From Antedon mediterranea (taxonomy: Eukaryota > Animalia > Echinodermata), in the NCBI RefSeq assembly GCF_964355755.1, contig NC_092670.1:10836795-10900794 (forward strand): 64,000 bases of DNA, read 5' to 3'. The notes below the pieces were generated by a model that did no database searches, was not told where the DNA came from, and saw nothing but the letters and a program-made list of their open reading frames with translations. The stretch's first letter is position 1. Each line of letters opens with the position of its first letter. This document shows, in pieces, positions 13,452 to 27,457 of this stretch. A program made the translations under genes and the position numbers.

Positions 13452-16401
13452 TTAAACAATAATAGTTGAAACAAGGTATTCATGTAGTTTGAACTTAAAT
13501 GAAGATATAAAATTAATAATTTTAATTTCATCTGGTAAAGAATTCCAAATTTTTGGTCCTTGAAAAGTTATATCATGCTTGCCAACCTCCGTATTAAAAC
13601 AATCATAAGCATAATCAAATTTATTTCTGGTATTATAATTATGAACTGAACTAAAAGTTTGAAAATAAGTATCAAACATTCTGGGCAGTTGATTATGTTT
13701 GAATTTAAACATAAATAAAGCAACATTTTTTGTAAGTAAGTCGTAAATATTAAGTGTATTAGATAAGACAAAAAGAGGAGCAGAATGGTGGAGGTAATGA
13801 ACATTATAAACTGATCTTAAAGCTCTTTTTTGCAAAATATAAATACGGTTTAAATTAATTTTTGAAGTAAAACCCCAAACGGTTATACCATAAATTAAAT
13901 GTGGCAAAAAAAGTGATTTATAAATTAATAGTAAAACGGAGGAAGGCAAGGCATGTTTAAGTTTATTGAGGACACCGACCACTCTTGATAGTTTTAATGA
14001 AATTGTATTAATATGAGAAATAAAAGATAAGTATTCGTCAATAAAAATGCCAAGAAATGTTGTTGCTTTAGTTCTTTCAATTTCGCTGATGCCGTAATAT
14101 AATTTAGGAATGTTGGGGGGGATTAGTTTATTAACTGAACGAAAAATAATAAATTTGGTTTTTTTAATATTTAACAAAAGCTTATTTGATTTTAACCAGT
14201 TTGCAATTTTAGTAAGTTCTTGATTCATTAAAATAATAGCTTGGTAGATGTCCTTATGATTAATAAATAAACTTGTATCATCTGCAAACATAACAATTTC
14301 AGCACAATCACTAATATAATTTAAATCATTAATAAATAACAGAAATAAAAGCGGACCAAGGATGGATCCCTGTGGAACACCACACGAAACTGGCCGCAGC
14401 TCAGAGACAATATCATTGATTGATATATATTGATGTCTGTTACTTAAATAATTTTCGAACCACTTAAGTGGTATACCTCTTATACCATAGAAACGTAACT
14501 TATTAATTAAAATATCATGAGAAATACAATCAAAAGCCTTTGACAGGTCAATAAAAACTCCTAAAGTAAATTGTTTATTATCAATAGCAGACACAATATT
14601 ATGGATTGAATGATGGATGGCATGTATTGTAGAATGTTGGGAACGAAAACCAAACTGAGAATTGCTGAGGATGTTAAACTTTGTAAGAAATGAAATAGTT
14701 TGATCATAAACTATTCTTTCAAGTAGTTTAGAAATAGTTGGCAAGATAGAGATGGGCCTATAGTTATTGATATTTGAGACCTCCCCACCTTTATGGATGG
14801 GTACAACTTTAGCAATTTTCATTGCATTTGGAACCACACCCTTTACTAAAGACATGTTCATTATGAATGTTAGTGGTATAGCTAATGCCAATGGACATAT
14901 CTTTAGTATATATGGACCAATGTTATCAAAACCAGGAGCTGTTGATTTTAAATTATTTATGTATGTTACTAATTCTTGTTCACATACAGGTTTGAAAAAT
15001 AATGATGAAGGAAAATTACCCTGAAGGAAATCATTGTAAGGTTGAACATTGCCATTGAATGGAGTATTCGAAAAAGAATTTGCAATATTTGAGAAAAATG
15101 AATTAAAAGCTTCGGCTTTTTCTTTGTCATTTGTATATTCACATTGACCATTTATTAGTTTAGCTGGGAATGAATTTTTCCTTTTTCTACCCATTACATT
15201 ATTAATTTCGCGCCATGTACTTTTCATATCACCTTGACATTTACCAAATACATTGTTATAGTGCTCTTGTTTACTAAATCTAATAATACTATTTAGTTTG
15301 TTTCTATAACAACAATATTTTTTCCAATCTGAAGGTGATGACGAAGCTTTATATCTAGCATACAGCTTTTGCCTGGTTTTGATTGACTTGGCTATACCTT
15401 CAGTTATCCAAGGTGATTTGAGCTTGTTTGCTCGAGTACGAATATTTTGCAGTGGAAAATGTCTGTTTATACAATCGTTAAGTATGTTATTAAAACTAGA
15501 AAAAGCTATGTTTACATCACTTTGTTCAAGTACTTCATTCCAGCTTATGTTATTTACATTTTCAATGAATTCTTGTTTAGATCTATCATTGTAAATACGT
15601 TTCTTAATGAATTTAGGTGGTTTTTTTTTTAATATGGAAGGATGAGTTAATACAAAATGTGGGAAAATGATCAGATAAATCGACAGTAAATATTCCGGAT
15701 GTGAAAGAGGGATACAACGATTCAATATTACAGTAGATATTATCAATAATAGTAGAGCTATGCAAGGTAATTCTGGTTGGATTAGTAATAACAGGCTGAA
15801 ATGAATGACTGAAAATATTATCAATGTGATCCTGGACATATTGATCTGTACTAAGAAGGTTGATGTTAAAATCACCAGCTAAGTATGCCATTTTTTTATC
15901 TTCATTAATAATTTTCATGACTGATGATAGGTCCATATTTAAGGTGTTAGCGTTGGTGTCAGGTGGACGGTATATAATTCCAGCAATAATATTTTTACCA
16001 GAGTTATTCTCAATTTCAATAAAAATTGATTCAGCTGACGTAATTAGGCTTGAGAGATCATATCTCCTTTTAAAAGCAACATGAGTTGAAACGTATAGTG
16101 CAACGCCACCACCTTTTTTATGTTCCCTGTTATTTAAAATAAGGTTATAATTTGGAATGCTTAGAAGATTGGTGTCGGTAGAATCCTTAATCCAAGTTTC
16201 AGTAAGGGCAAGTAGAGTAAAACTATGATTTAAGGACTGAATAAAGTTACAAAATTTATCAAACTTATTATTTAAACTTCTACAATTTAGATTTAATATT
16301 GAAAAGTTAGATGACGTTTCTGAACTATATATAGTATTAAACAAATCTATATCATAATAACTTGAGCAATGATTGCAATCACCATTGACATTATTTTGCA
16401 T
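13452..16401 (-). CDS. LINE ORF2 (AP endonuclease + reverse transcriptase), one frameshift in an A10 run at 15621-15630
   Basis: APE motifs LNCRSL, LTETW, GGGVALY, IYRPP, GDFN, IDNI, SDH (ORF 15613-16401). RT motifs NYRPISIL, QFGFR, DLSKAFD, GVPQGSILGPLLF, FADDT and C-terminal WNSLP (ORF 13452-15875). Confidence 0.9.
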
Positions 16402-16595
16402 TGGAGTAAGTTAAAGAGAAAAATAAAATTGAAAAAGAACAAAGAACAAATACCGTACAACTATAAGTATCAAAACAAATCGACTTATACCAAGTAATAC
16501 GCACACGTATATTTGCCTAATTGGTAACTATGTGTGACAGCCGTCGCTCCATCAATAACAGCTAATGGACAGTACCGGTAAAGCCTTGCATCAAA

Positions 16596-17275
16596 CTACT
16601 TGTATAATTTTCCGTTTATGAACAGACTACCTTTACGAAAGACCGGTTTATTTCCTTCCTTCCACGCCCTATGCATTACGTCACGGAGAGCTCTCTTCTT
16701 GGCTATATCAACAGCTGGTAAATCTTCCAGAACAAACACATTCCCACCTTCCTTTGTTGTTGATTTTGCCTTTTTAAAAACAAGATGGCGCTCAGGTCGG
16801 TAAACAAACTTGGCGATAATGTGTCTGGGCTTATCATTCACAGACTTAGGGTGTTTCCCTGTGCGATGTGCTAGTTCGATATTAATATCAGGTAGGTCCA
16901 GCTTATTTGTTATGTACTCTTTTAAGATGTCATGCACATTTTCACCTTTACTTTCAGGAAAGCCTCCAAAACGCAGGTTAAAACTTCGGGAATAGCGTTC
17001 TAAGTTAATAATCTCCGTTTCTAGTCTCTCAATAGTCGGTTTCATGTTAGTAGATATTTCAGTAGTCAAATGTAATACTTTGGTGGTAAGATCCATGTTT
17101 TTCTCTTCCAGTTCACTGATCAGTTTTAATGTATATGTAACCGATTTCTCCATATCTATTTGGCGAACTTCCATCGCTTCCACTCGTTCAATCAACTTAT
17201 CCTGCTTATAAAGTAAGGTATCCAGCCGTCCACTCAGTTTGGCAGTTAGCGTAACGATATCCTGTCTCAGAAGGT
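16596..17275 (-). CDS. LINE ORF1 (coiled coil + L1-type RRM/CTD), N-terminally truncated
   Basis: LERYSRSFNLRFGGFPE...IELAHRTG...PRHIIAKF...VLEDLP is the L1/Transposase_22-like ORF1 signature. Confidence 0.85.
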
Positions 17276-17547
17276 CAATATTAAATTATCTAACTCAACT
17301 TAATTAGTAGGCCTAATGGTTTTCAATTGTTTCTTAGAGTCAATTCATACTTAAGTTGGTTCCTACCCTACCCACCATACCAAATTTGTTTAGGGTATGT
17401 GATGTACCGTAGGCCTATCCTCTACTGGTTTTACAACGCTACTCATGCCAGTGAGAGAAGGGTGATGATGTTGGTGGTTTAACTGCCCTAATAAAGATTT
17501 GTACATAATATACGGCGAGTGAAAACGCTAGCTCATTATCCGTTTAA

Positions 17548-18142
17548 ACAAGAAATATTTCTTACAAAAAACCCTGCTCGCTTATTGAAAAATATTTTTT
17601 ATTTCAAATGTGTTTGAATGTGTCATCATTTTATTGTCACATAATAGTTATTTTACCTGAAAAATGTAATTTAAAGCAACAAATACTTAAATTGTCTGTC
17701 AGACAATGGTTTTTGGGTTTCTTTTCTCTTTTTATATGTGAATAAATATTATTTTCTTGTTACAGAAGTGAATACTCAATGTCTGTCACTTTAGTTAATT
17801 TTATTGCTAAGGTCAAGTCTTGGGGTCACTTCATCACCCTAGATAATTCAAGTGTGAAGTATCCTATTACAAACACAAACTTTAATGGACTGTTTCGATA
17901 ATAATTCAATGAATATCTGGCAGTGAATATACCAGAAATGCTTTGGGATTTGTAATTTTAGCATGACATGTCCTAATAGACTCTTTTCCCAGACGTTTTT
18001 TGGGTCTACTGTAGCAGCTGGAATCAATAAATTATAGTTGAGTTTCCATTTTCGCAAAACTGTCGTCCTTATAACTGCTGCTTGCTTTAGCTTCTGATTG
18101 AGTAGTCCTAATGGGACGTAGCGGGCTAGAGCAGCAGCGTGA
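17548..18142 (-). mobile_element. Helentron-associated non-autonomous element (HINE/DINE-1-like), family 1
   Basis: Inserted in a T run of Helitron H (empty site TTTTTTT at ~7102). 5' TTTT-CACGCTGCTGC, 3' subterminal inverted copy plus hairpin AAGAAATATTTCTT before TTT. Second copy at 53269-53670. Confidence 0.7.
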
Positions 18143-18729
18143 AAAAATTATATCCAACCTCTGCAGCACAGATTGAAAACAAAAATGGATAGAATTTCTG
18201 TTATGAGTATACAGTACTTGCCTTTACGACGCCTGAGGGAATAGACACTTGTGGAACAGAGATTGGAATGTTCCATTCATCGCAAATCAATACATTTGTA
18301 TAAACGTAAAAATCTATCAAAATAGTATTTTTTTAAAGAAAATCGGCCTGTCTTCAACATTATGATGCTGTACTCGAGCTGTTCAACCGGTTTTCAGCCA
18401 TTAAAAACAATTATCGTAGGAGGAGATAGGAAAATGCGAAGCATACTCGTATTATCGTCTGCGGGTATTTTTCAAGACGGACATCCATTAGACAGTGTAT
18501 ACCACGATCGAAAAACACCCCTATTTGGGGCAAATCGTTGAACCTAAATTCGTTTTAATCGTCAATAACTAATCATCGAACTCAATTTAATTAGTAAACA
18601 GGGTTACATCAGGTGGTTAAAATCAGTACCGAAAGTACGAACCAACTTTATACCATCGAGTAAACATTCTAGAAATAACGCGCGATTTACCGAATTTTGC
18701 CCTTACGTAAATTTATATATAGATTATTA

Positions 18730-19480
18730 TAGGGGTACAATCTGTCACGGGGGTACCTAATATTCTAGACAGTCGACCGTAATAATTGCACCCCCTATAA
18801 TAGATAGTTATTAAACTGTTATAGGGTGTTCAATCTGTACGGGGGTACCTTTTATTTACAGTCGACCGTGATATATTTTATCCCTGGGTGTATATAGATA
18901 CTGGAAGGGTATAATACGGGGATACAATATTTTTAGATTGGATTTTGTATCCATTTGCAAAAACATGACAAAAGGAGAGGACAAAGAATTAAAGATGTAT
19001 TGTCCCCCTGAAAAAAAATATTTTTCAGGGGGATTAACATGATTAAAACTAAAAAATAACCTATTCAAAGTCTGATTTAATTAATTTGTAATGTAATGTT
19101 ATTGGGGGAAAATACATCTTTAATATTTATTATATACATTATTTGATTGAAGACAGTGTTTAGTTTTCGAGATCCTGGTGGTATAGATACAATGCGGTAT
19201 GTGTCCATCTTATCTGACCAATTGAACTATTGTGGTTTAGTGTTAAAATAATTAACACAAAAAAAAGTGCAATCTGTCACGGGGGTACCAAATATTAAAG
19301 ACAATCCGTAATATATTGCATCCCCTATAATATAGATGGTTAACTGTTATGTTTGGGGCAGCAATCTGCCGCGGGGGTGGGTAGGCCTACCTATATTCAG
19401 AGACAGTCCGATGGTATATACTGACGTTAGTTAAGTTAGGGGTTGCAATCTGTCACGGGGGTACATCAGACAGTCCGAAA
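18730..19480. repeat. Degenerate tandem subrepeats with core AATCTGTCACGGGGGTACC
   Basis: Core at ~18740, 18832, 19271, 19363 and 19448 with ~90-bp local spacing. Confidence 0.65.
18993..19119. mobile_element. 127-bp Kolobok MITE
   Basis: TTAA|AGATGTATTGTCCCCC...GGGGGAAAATACATCT|TTAA, same TIR as 7767-10173. Confidence 0.8.
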
Positions 19481-20761
19481 TATATCTATTCCTTTATTAT
19501 AGTATTAACTGAGAGTGAATCAGACGTTCGAACAAATAAATAATACAATAATAATTCAATTCAACTTTTATTTCAGACAAACTTTCCATAGCAACAAAAG
19601 AAATGAAATACAGTAGGCCTACTTTTGATTCCGTAACCTTCAACAAAACTAAACTTAATGATCATGAATTATTAATTAAAGACAGTGTGCAGTTTTTTGT
19701 GGTCCATCCAGTACACCGTCCGTTATCTGACGAATTAGAAATATTATTTTTTTTTTGTCTTGTGTGGGTTCGTCCCACTTTTATTATAGTTCTATAAATA
19801 TAAATAATATATGTATATATGCACATTTATATAATTCTCTTATTTATAAGGTACATTTGTTAAAAAATACATATCTTTTGAACAGTATATTCATAAGACT
19901 AAGATTATTTTGATGTTAAGAAGTAACCACATTTACATTCATATACATTTTTAAAAATACAATTAATTAAAATATGTCGATGGCAGTAAACTGACGATAA
20001 AAATTGATTTAAAAAAAAAACGTACTTATGAAAAAGTTATTATTGTTGTTTTATTCTGTTCGTGTCCGTTGTCTGGGTAGATAGGCTATAAATTCAGGGG
20101 AAGAATATAAAGAATCTTCCCTTTTCACCAAGAAAAAAATGGATGAGATGAAAAACGAAGAATGGAAAAGCTTTTCATATTATCATTGTAATAAACAAGT
20201 ACATATAATCATTTTGTTATACAGAACTACAATGTGGTAGGGTTACTAGGCCTACAGTAAAAGGTATACCAATTATACGGTTCAGGTGGTGATTTGAATA
20301 TTCTGTAAAATACCCGTTGATTTCATGGGGTACACCTATTCTAGCCCGAAAAAATATTATTTTATTACAATGGTGTTGGTGTTACGGATGGGTCTCTAAA
20401 CAGCTGTGTATCCCCAATTATTATGTGATGCATTTAATGTTTTTGGGCCTCTTTAATTGACGTACGTCCGTTTTCCTTTGTAAAAATAATAATAAACAAT
20501 TAAATATATATATGAGTATGAGTTTATGATGAGTATGCCCTTCATCAATGCATGTGAGAGTACTTAAATTTAAAAGTACTAAAATTTTAACTAAGCTAAA
20601 ATATTCTGTTTCCACAAAACATGCGTAAAATTCGTAGGAGCATGCAACGTATTATTGTGGTAATTCAATAGGGGGTTTACTCTGTTGCGGGATACTAAAA
20701 TTGTAGAACAGTGTAACTGTACCACTACCAGAGATATTTTAACTTTCAATGGCTCTGTTAT

Positions 20762-21172
20762 CAGAGCCATATATAGAGAGAGTTACGGCATTGCGTTCAC
20801 GGATTTTAGAAAGGTGTATGTATTTTAAACAACAAAATGTAAAAACAATGCATTACTATAGAGAATCGCTGTACAAACTAAACGCGCACGCGTAGAGCGT
20901 GCATGGAGCGCACAACCAGAACCGTTCCGAAATTGCTATTTTTGTTTAAAATCATGTTCGCAGTAACTTTATAATTTTTTTATTATTTTAACAAAAACCT
21001 TTAAACAAATTGATTGTTTTGATATTAAATTCGATAATTAAAGCCTTTTGAACGTTATACATTTTCAAAACAAAAGACTCAACTCCATACGCTACATAGG
21101 AATAGTTGGACACAAACACGGCTTCTAATCCATTCGAAGTCGTAAATCTCAGTCTATATAATTATGGCTCTG
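20762..21172. mobile_element. MITE with CAGAGCCATA TIRs
   Basis: TTAT|CAGAGCCATATATAGA...TCTATATAATTATGGCTCTG|TTAT. An extra ATGGCTCTG terminus abuts it on the left. Confidence 0.6.
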
Positions 21173-21875
21173 TTATAAATGTAAAAATAGCGCCCTCTGT
21201 TGCCAATATTTTCTAATTCGTCAATATCACTATAGACAATTGTAAAAGGTCATTTATTAATTAAAAAGAACAAGAAACTACACACAGTATATCAAATACC
21301 AGTATAAGTGATAACAATACGAATAATTGACGGTCTACCACACTGTAGATTCAATAATTACCCACTGTAAAATGGAATCGCCGGGCTATTGTACTGGTTA
21401 CAGTAATTACCCACTGTAAAATGGAATCGTCGGGCAATTTGACAAGGTACCGGTTGGCGGACACAAACTCCCTCTAGTAGACATACCGCATGGCGGACAG
21501 TCTGCAGCAACATGCAATTGCGCTCAGCAGGAATGTATACGTTACGCTTCATTGATTTTGAAGGCTTTCCCTAAGTCAGTGCGAAAATCGGCAAACGTAA
21601 AGTGCAAACTTATCTAATTTTTCACTGTTTTGATGGATTTTCATAGAAAATTGACTTAATAAATGGGAAGACCGACTAAAATTACATCAGATTAGTATAA
21701 TTTTACAAAAGTAATTGATATGGTTAATGATAACGAGTCGTCGGAAGATTGACCATTTCACGAATTTCCTATTCTGTAACCACAGTGTGATTTTGCCGTA
21801 GCTGCACTTGTAATCTGGCCTCATTTCACAGCCTTCGTTCTGCTTCACTGGTCGCTTATATAAATTGAAACTTTT

Positions 21876-22114
21876 AAATGAGTCCAAATAACAAATTTGG
21901 ACTCATTTTGTGACAAGTTTCTCTTTCGGAAGTAATTCCCAGTGTGCTAATTTCAGTTTAATACATAAATCATCGTGTCTATTTATTCGTTTCTGTAAAC
22001 AATAATAACTATTATCGTCCTGCAGTACGTACATTAAAAAAAGCATTTTTTTTACGCTGAAATTACTGTGTATTCGAGAACCATCTGTGGGCACGACCTA
22101 GATGGTACATCTAG
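21876..22114 (+). mobile_element. Helitron H 3' fragment
   Basis: Near-identical to 11464-11622, ending GGGCACGACCTAGATGGTACATCTAG|T (hairpin loop deleted). Confidence 0.8.
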
Positions 22115-22699
22115 TTTTAAAAATTTATATTATATAATATAAAAAAAATTTATTTTCAAATATTATCATTATTATTACTTACTGGTTTTAGTAGAGTTCT
22201 TTTAAGTTCTGTCTGAATGTTTGTCTTTTCTTTAATTTAAATGTACAATTACTGTATACATAAATGAAGTATAATGATCCTTACATCTATATTGTTATTT
22301 AGGATGTGGATAAAGATAATTATGTTATTATCTAAGTGCTATTGATTTTATGATGCCGTTCGATTGTGTTGATTACTATATTACTAAAAATATTACTCTA
22401 ATTGAGCTCGGGTGAGGTCTCTAATTCCTATCATTACATCTGCAGCTTTATCAGTATTATGAAAACCATTTTTGCCGGCATCCAGTTCTCTTACTAAATG
22501 TGGTACTTGGGCCGGTATTATTTCTTGCTCTCATTAATGCCGGCCCGATTGAAGATTCAAATAATTTGTCGACCCACTCTTGGTGAAGTTGTTCCCAGAA
22601 ACTCTTTACCTATTACGTAGTCCCTTCTGGAAAATTTGAATGAATGGTGTTTGCTTATTTAAAAATGGCAAAAGATATACCAAATCCTATAAAAATTTC

Positions 22700-23240
22700 C
22701 TTCCTTTACTAAATTATGCCTTCCCAACTTTATGATTATTTGACAGCTAAGTTAAATATTCTGAATTAATATCATCAATATGATTTGCAAAGGTCACTCA
22801 ACTGCTCATGCTGTCTTCTTAATAATACTTTTATTGAACATAGAGCAATATTAGCGTGAAAGCTCATATATATTGGTGTATATATCAAATAATTATTTGA
22901 TTGAGAAATTTGTTTGATGTAATTAACCATTCTATTTTAAATAAGAAAATGCGAAAATTATGGTATTAAAGGCACTCCTTTAAGCATTTGCTTCTTGAGT
23001 TAGTTGGATGGCAGAAACAATTTGTCTCTATCCAATCATTTAAATCATCGACCGAGGATATCACTTGTGGGTGTCTCCTCCCCTCAATTTTATTTTTACG
23101 TTAATGACCTGACTAATGTCAGTGAGAAGTTTAAGTGATATCCTTCGCCGACGATACTACTATTTTATTTATCTTCTTGTTGACATTTTATTTAATACTT
23201 TTAATTATGAATTGTCTAAATTTAATGACTGGTTTCTTTA
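22700..23240 (+). pseudogene. Heavily degenerate CR1/L2-type RT fragment
   Basis: Residual motifs QY.F.KGHSTAHA, YGIKG, ITCG, YVNDL and FADDT scattered across frames. Confidence 0.6.
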
Positions 23241-24869
23241 AATTCTAAATTCTTATAAGATTTAGAAGCTCATGATGCTCTTGATTGACTAATAGAAATT
23301 CCTATGAACTTATACCAATATCAAAGAGAAGCTTAGAAACTGGACGTTGATGAAGTCAATGAGGATTTAAGCATTTCTGACAAACAGATTGCATCAGACC
23401 AAAATTGGTACCCACTTTTCATCATGCCTCTCCTCAAATGGTGGCAACTGTCAAGATCTTAGTTAGGCCAGATCCTTTTTATAATTTTTATCAACGACTA
23501 AAGGCCAACTCAAACATACCGACGAGACTTGAGATAGCGTCAGGCGCAGTATTTAGGTCGTCGCGATAACTTAAACTTGTTTTATTTCTCCCACGTGGCC
23601 AACTTATCATAACTTTCGTTAGGAGAGTAAACAGCACATGTTGAAAGCAGTTATTTTTGTGTTTGAATTGTCGGGGATTTGCATAGGATTTTATTTCCTT
23701 CGTTATGTGATAATGAATCCAACAATGTGGAAAAGTTGATTTTGAAGGAATTAATTATTTTGTATGAATTTCTGATTTTTTTCTCGACGGAAAGGGGATT
23801 CCCCTCACATACTGCTTGTGACGTCACACACTGCAATTCTTACCTCTTTATAATATATAGAGGGCGCTGTTGGCCTTAACAAAACCACCTGTTTGTTAAA
23901 CTTCAGATGTTGACATGTATGCTGTGGGGTATGTATTTTAAGACAACAAACATCACAAATGAAAGAACAATAATAATATTACACAAACAATTGCAATCAC
24001 ATGCAAAATTCACATAATAATAAAATTTCACTAAACTTGTGATTGGTTTTCATTAGATTCTTCTGGTAAAAACCTAAAGTTACTAAATCATTTCAAATGT
24101 TGTGTTAAGAAAAACAATCTCTTGCTCTATTTGCTGTGTCAGTAGGTAAAGTAACTAATTAATCAGGTTGATCTGTTCATTACCAAGCCAAAATCATATA
24201 ATTCAGTTTTAACCTTTCGGTCTGAGATCGGTCTTTTAATATAAACATTGCACTTACTTGAAGGGCATCCATGGGTTTCAGGTTCCCCAATTGGCTTACT
24301 GCTAGCCCAACCAACGTGGTGCAATTCATTGTGTCCCACTATAACTTTTTCAACACAAAAGACAGCTACCTTCCTATCAACCGTTTTCCACTAAAACGCT
24401 ACATGCGTCGTACGACTTCGTACGCTAATCCCCAACTGTCCAGACACACATTCTTTTAGCGTCGTACGCTAAAACGGTTTAACGCCATGGGTCTGAACAG
24501 GGCCTTAGTCGAGACTCTGTTGGATCCTTGAACGCTCCAGCGCAGCTATATTATCATGAAGGAACTAAATTAGTTTTATTTAATTTATTTCCATGGATAT
24601 ATCCAAGTTAAACGTTAATTCCTCAATGGCTAAACAAACCATGCCTAATTCCTTTAAGGAAATAAAAATAGAGATGTTGGAAGTAATTCAACTTTATACT
24701 TTGAATTGTTTAGGGGTTGGGCAGGGAATTTTTGATTTTTATTATTGATAATAAAATAAATAAAGCACTTTAGAGAATTTAAAATTCAACACTTATACAT
24801 TTATAACTCTTTAAATAAATTATGAACATTATATTATTTTGCATATTTATATATTCAAATAAATAATAG

Positions 24870-25635
24870 ACCCATTTTTATGATTCATAGAATTTAATAT
24901 TACTGATTGTTTTTAATATAAATTTGCAATATTCTGAACCTCGCTTGTCTTGTTTGTTTCTATTTGGTTCCGTTTTGTGTTTAGTACACAATACAAATAA
25001 AATCATTTGCATTCAATTCGTAGCGGCCTTCGTAGCTTCAATATTTGGTTTGTTCTGCCTGTCTGTTTAAAAGTGGGTTTTTTTAGATTTTTTAGTTAGA
25101 ACTGAATATTTAAAGTCGTTTTTGTACCTGATTTTTTATTTCCATTTTCTATAGGATAATAAATAAGCTCTTTCGCAATTTATATTTTATTACATAACTA
25201 CGATTAAAGAACTTTCAAGGTCACTTAAAATTGAAAGAATGGATTTGTACGCAGTACTTTATTTACATGTACCATGAAAAAAGTTTCCTCCCCTAAATTT
25301 AGCCTCAAATTATGCTAGAACGCTGCTGCGCCCGGGGACTTTAGTTCTGACTTTAGATCCTGTCACCATCAGTGCTTGGGTATAGTACATGTCTCAAGTT
25401 CTTTCACAGCAGTCAATGTCCTTATCATTTAGCTGTGTTTAATCAGTCGTATTTCTAACATTATTTTTATTCTTTAAATGTGATAATTGCAAAGGAAACC
25501 CTACAGTATGTGGGTATTCATTGATTATTTTCACTACAAGGTACAAAGGGTGTATAATAAGGCCTTAAAAAAGTTAATTCTTTGTTTACATGAAATATGT
25601 TTTTAGTGTAAAAATGGATTGAAGATATACTAACC
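24870..25635 (-). pseudogene. Orphan paralogous copy of the FReD last intron (third gene relic)
   Basis: Colinear with 48170-48997 and 61960-62315, including the donor G|GTTAGTATAT, but no exon follows. Confidence 0.75.
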
Positions 25636-27457
25636 TAGTTAGTTAGTATTAGGCTAGGCTTAGCCTAGACGTTTTAGCCTTGCTAGGCCTAGGATTGTTT
25701 GGTCGTTTGTTGACATAATTAACACTAAAATAGGTGTGTTTATAAAATCCATATAAATATAACATTTAATATAATATTATTAAAAAAACAAATGAAATGT
25801 AGGCCTTGGCTAGGGCTACCTTTTATTTGATTCAAATGACAGGAAGCTATTTAGATGTTATATAAAACAATAATGAATGTTTTATATTCGTGCAATGGTA
25901 CAAATGGCATTTGATGAATGATAAAATGTTAAATATTAACTCGGCTTATGATGCTTTAAAACCTAAGTTTTACATAAATGTAAATTGGATTAAATTGAAC
26001 TATTCAACATTTGAATTACTTGAATTCTGCCATATAGCCAATAACTGCTAAAACCATGTTTAACGTCTTTAAAATGGCTCGCATTTAAATTTCTAAATGC
26101 TCCTGCATGTCAGTTAAATAAATTTTATATTAAGTGTGTTGAGACGATTATTTACATTTGGAAAATATTTGTCAAAGCAAATGGCTGGCCGGAGAAATTA
26201 ACTTTGTTTTACAAGGGTAGCTCTGACAGCTGTACTATGCCGCAGTACAGGTGTCTTACAGAGGCCCTCTTACAAACAATACAAAATGCCTATACTACAT
26301 TCAAACATCAAATTACAAGCAGATTCATAAAATTTAAAATTCACACAAAAACAATTTAGAAAAGTTTAAATTCATTGAAGTATTCAGTATTCAGTATTTA
26401 TTGGTACTCACTTTCGAATCAGTGGCACACACCTTTCGGTGGTGCGTCCATACAAATATAAACAACAACATATAAAAGGTAAATGATGATAAAACTTACA
26501 TAATTAACTTACATTGGAAAAAACAAAAACAAAACAAAAACAAATGTACAGTAGTGTTATATTATTGATGTTGTGATTCTCTGTGTTTAGAGAAGGATGC
26601 TTTAGACCAGGTCCGCCTTATATTATTAGCCAATCAAAATCGTATAAATTTTGGAGAGAAAATGTTATCCTCCTCTGAAGCCTAAAATTTGCATGTCCAG
26701 TATAAAAGTGGAATGTAATAGATATTAGGGGAGAAGAGAGAATAAGATCAGAGTAGATAAACGGAAAGATGATAAAGAATATATTAAGGCTTGACTGGTA
26801 GTGGTAGAAAGATGTATTAATCGAATTACAAGGAATAAAAGTTCTAGTTGAGTTAAATATACTTTTTGTATGAGTTATCATTCAGTGACAGCAGTGTACG
26901 TCGAGTGGATATACGCCTGAGAAAGCTCGGAACCAACTAAAAGATAAATATTCACTACAAGTAGTAATTGTACACTTGAGTACTGTAGATACTTAAAAAC
27001 AATTGTATAACGAGCAAATCAATAAATCGATGCAATAGGTCAGTAGTAAATACACATTAGGGCCTACTTACAAAATGTCAGACAGAAAAAAAAAATACTT
27101 ATAAGAATAAAGGTACAATAGGTGAACAGTATAAATAATACATAATCATGATAAAATTACTACATAAATCGAACTAAGCACAAATATATGTTTATATGTA
27201 CTTGAAATTATAGATATAGCAAACAGCAAGTACAAGATTTTATTTGTTTAATGATTAGTTATTGGTATATCTAACTGGTCTATCAATGTATAAACCAAAT
27301 AAACCAGTATAAAGATACAATAGGTCAAAAGTATAAATAATACATAATCATGATTATTTTTACAAAAATCGAGATAAACACAAATATATGTTTATATATA
27401 TTTGAAGTTAGATAAGCAAATAAACTAGTTTATCAATGTAAAAGCCAAATAGGCTAA

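Larger units (their letters stand above)
13195..17277 (-). mobile_element. CR1/L2-group (Crack-like) LINE, 5'-truncated within ORF1
   Basis: ORF1 + APE-RT ORF2, 3' UTR hairpin GGACCCCAC...GTGGGGTACCC, AATAAA followed by an (ATTG)n-like tail, probable TSD AATATT. Confidence 0.9.
12245..18723 (-). mobile_element. Non-autonomous Helitron (family H, copy 2) carrying three nested insertions
   Basis: 3' CTAG at 12245-12248 with hairpin, 5' TC at 18723-18722, A|T target. The body resumes after each insertion (~12975, ~17511, ~18143). Confidence 0.8.

Noticed and set aside
23502-24505. Harbinger-like MITE with AGGCC...GGCCT ends
   Set aside because: TIR match beyond 5 bp is poor and the flanking trinucleotides differ.
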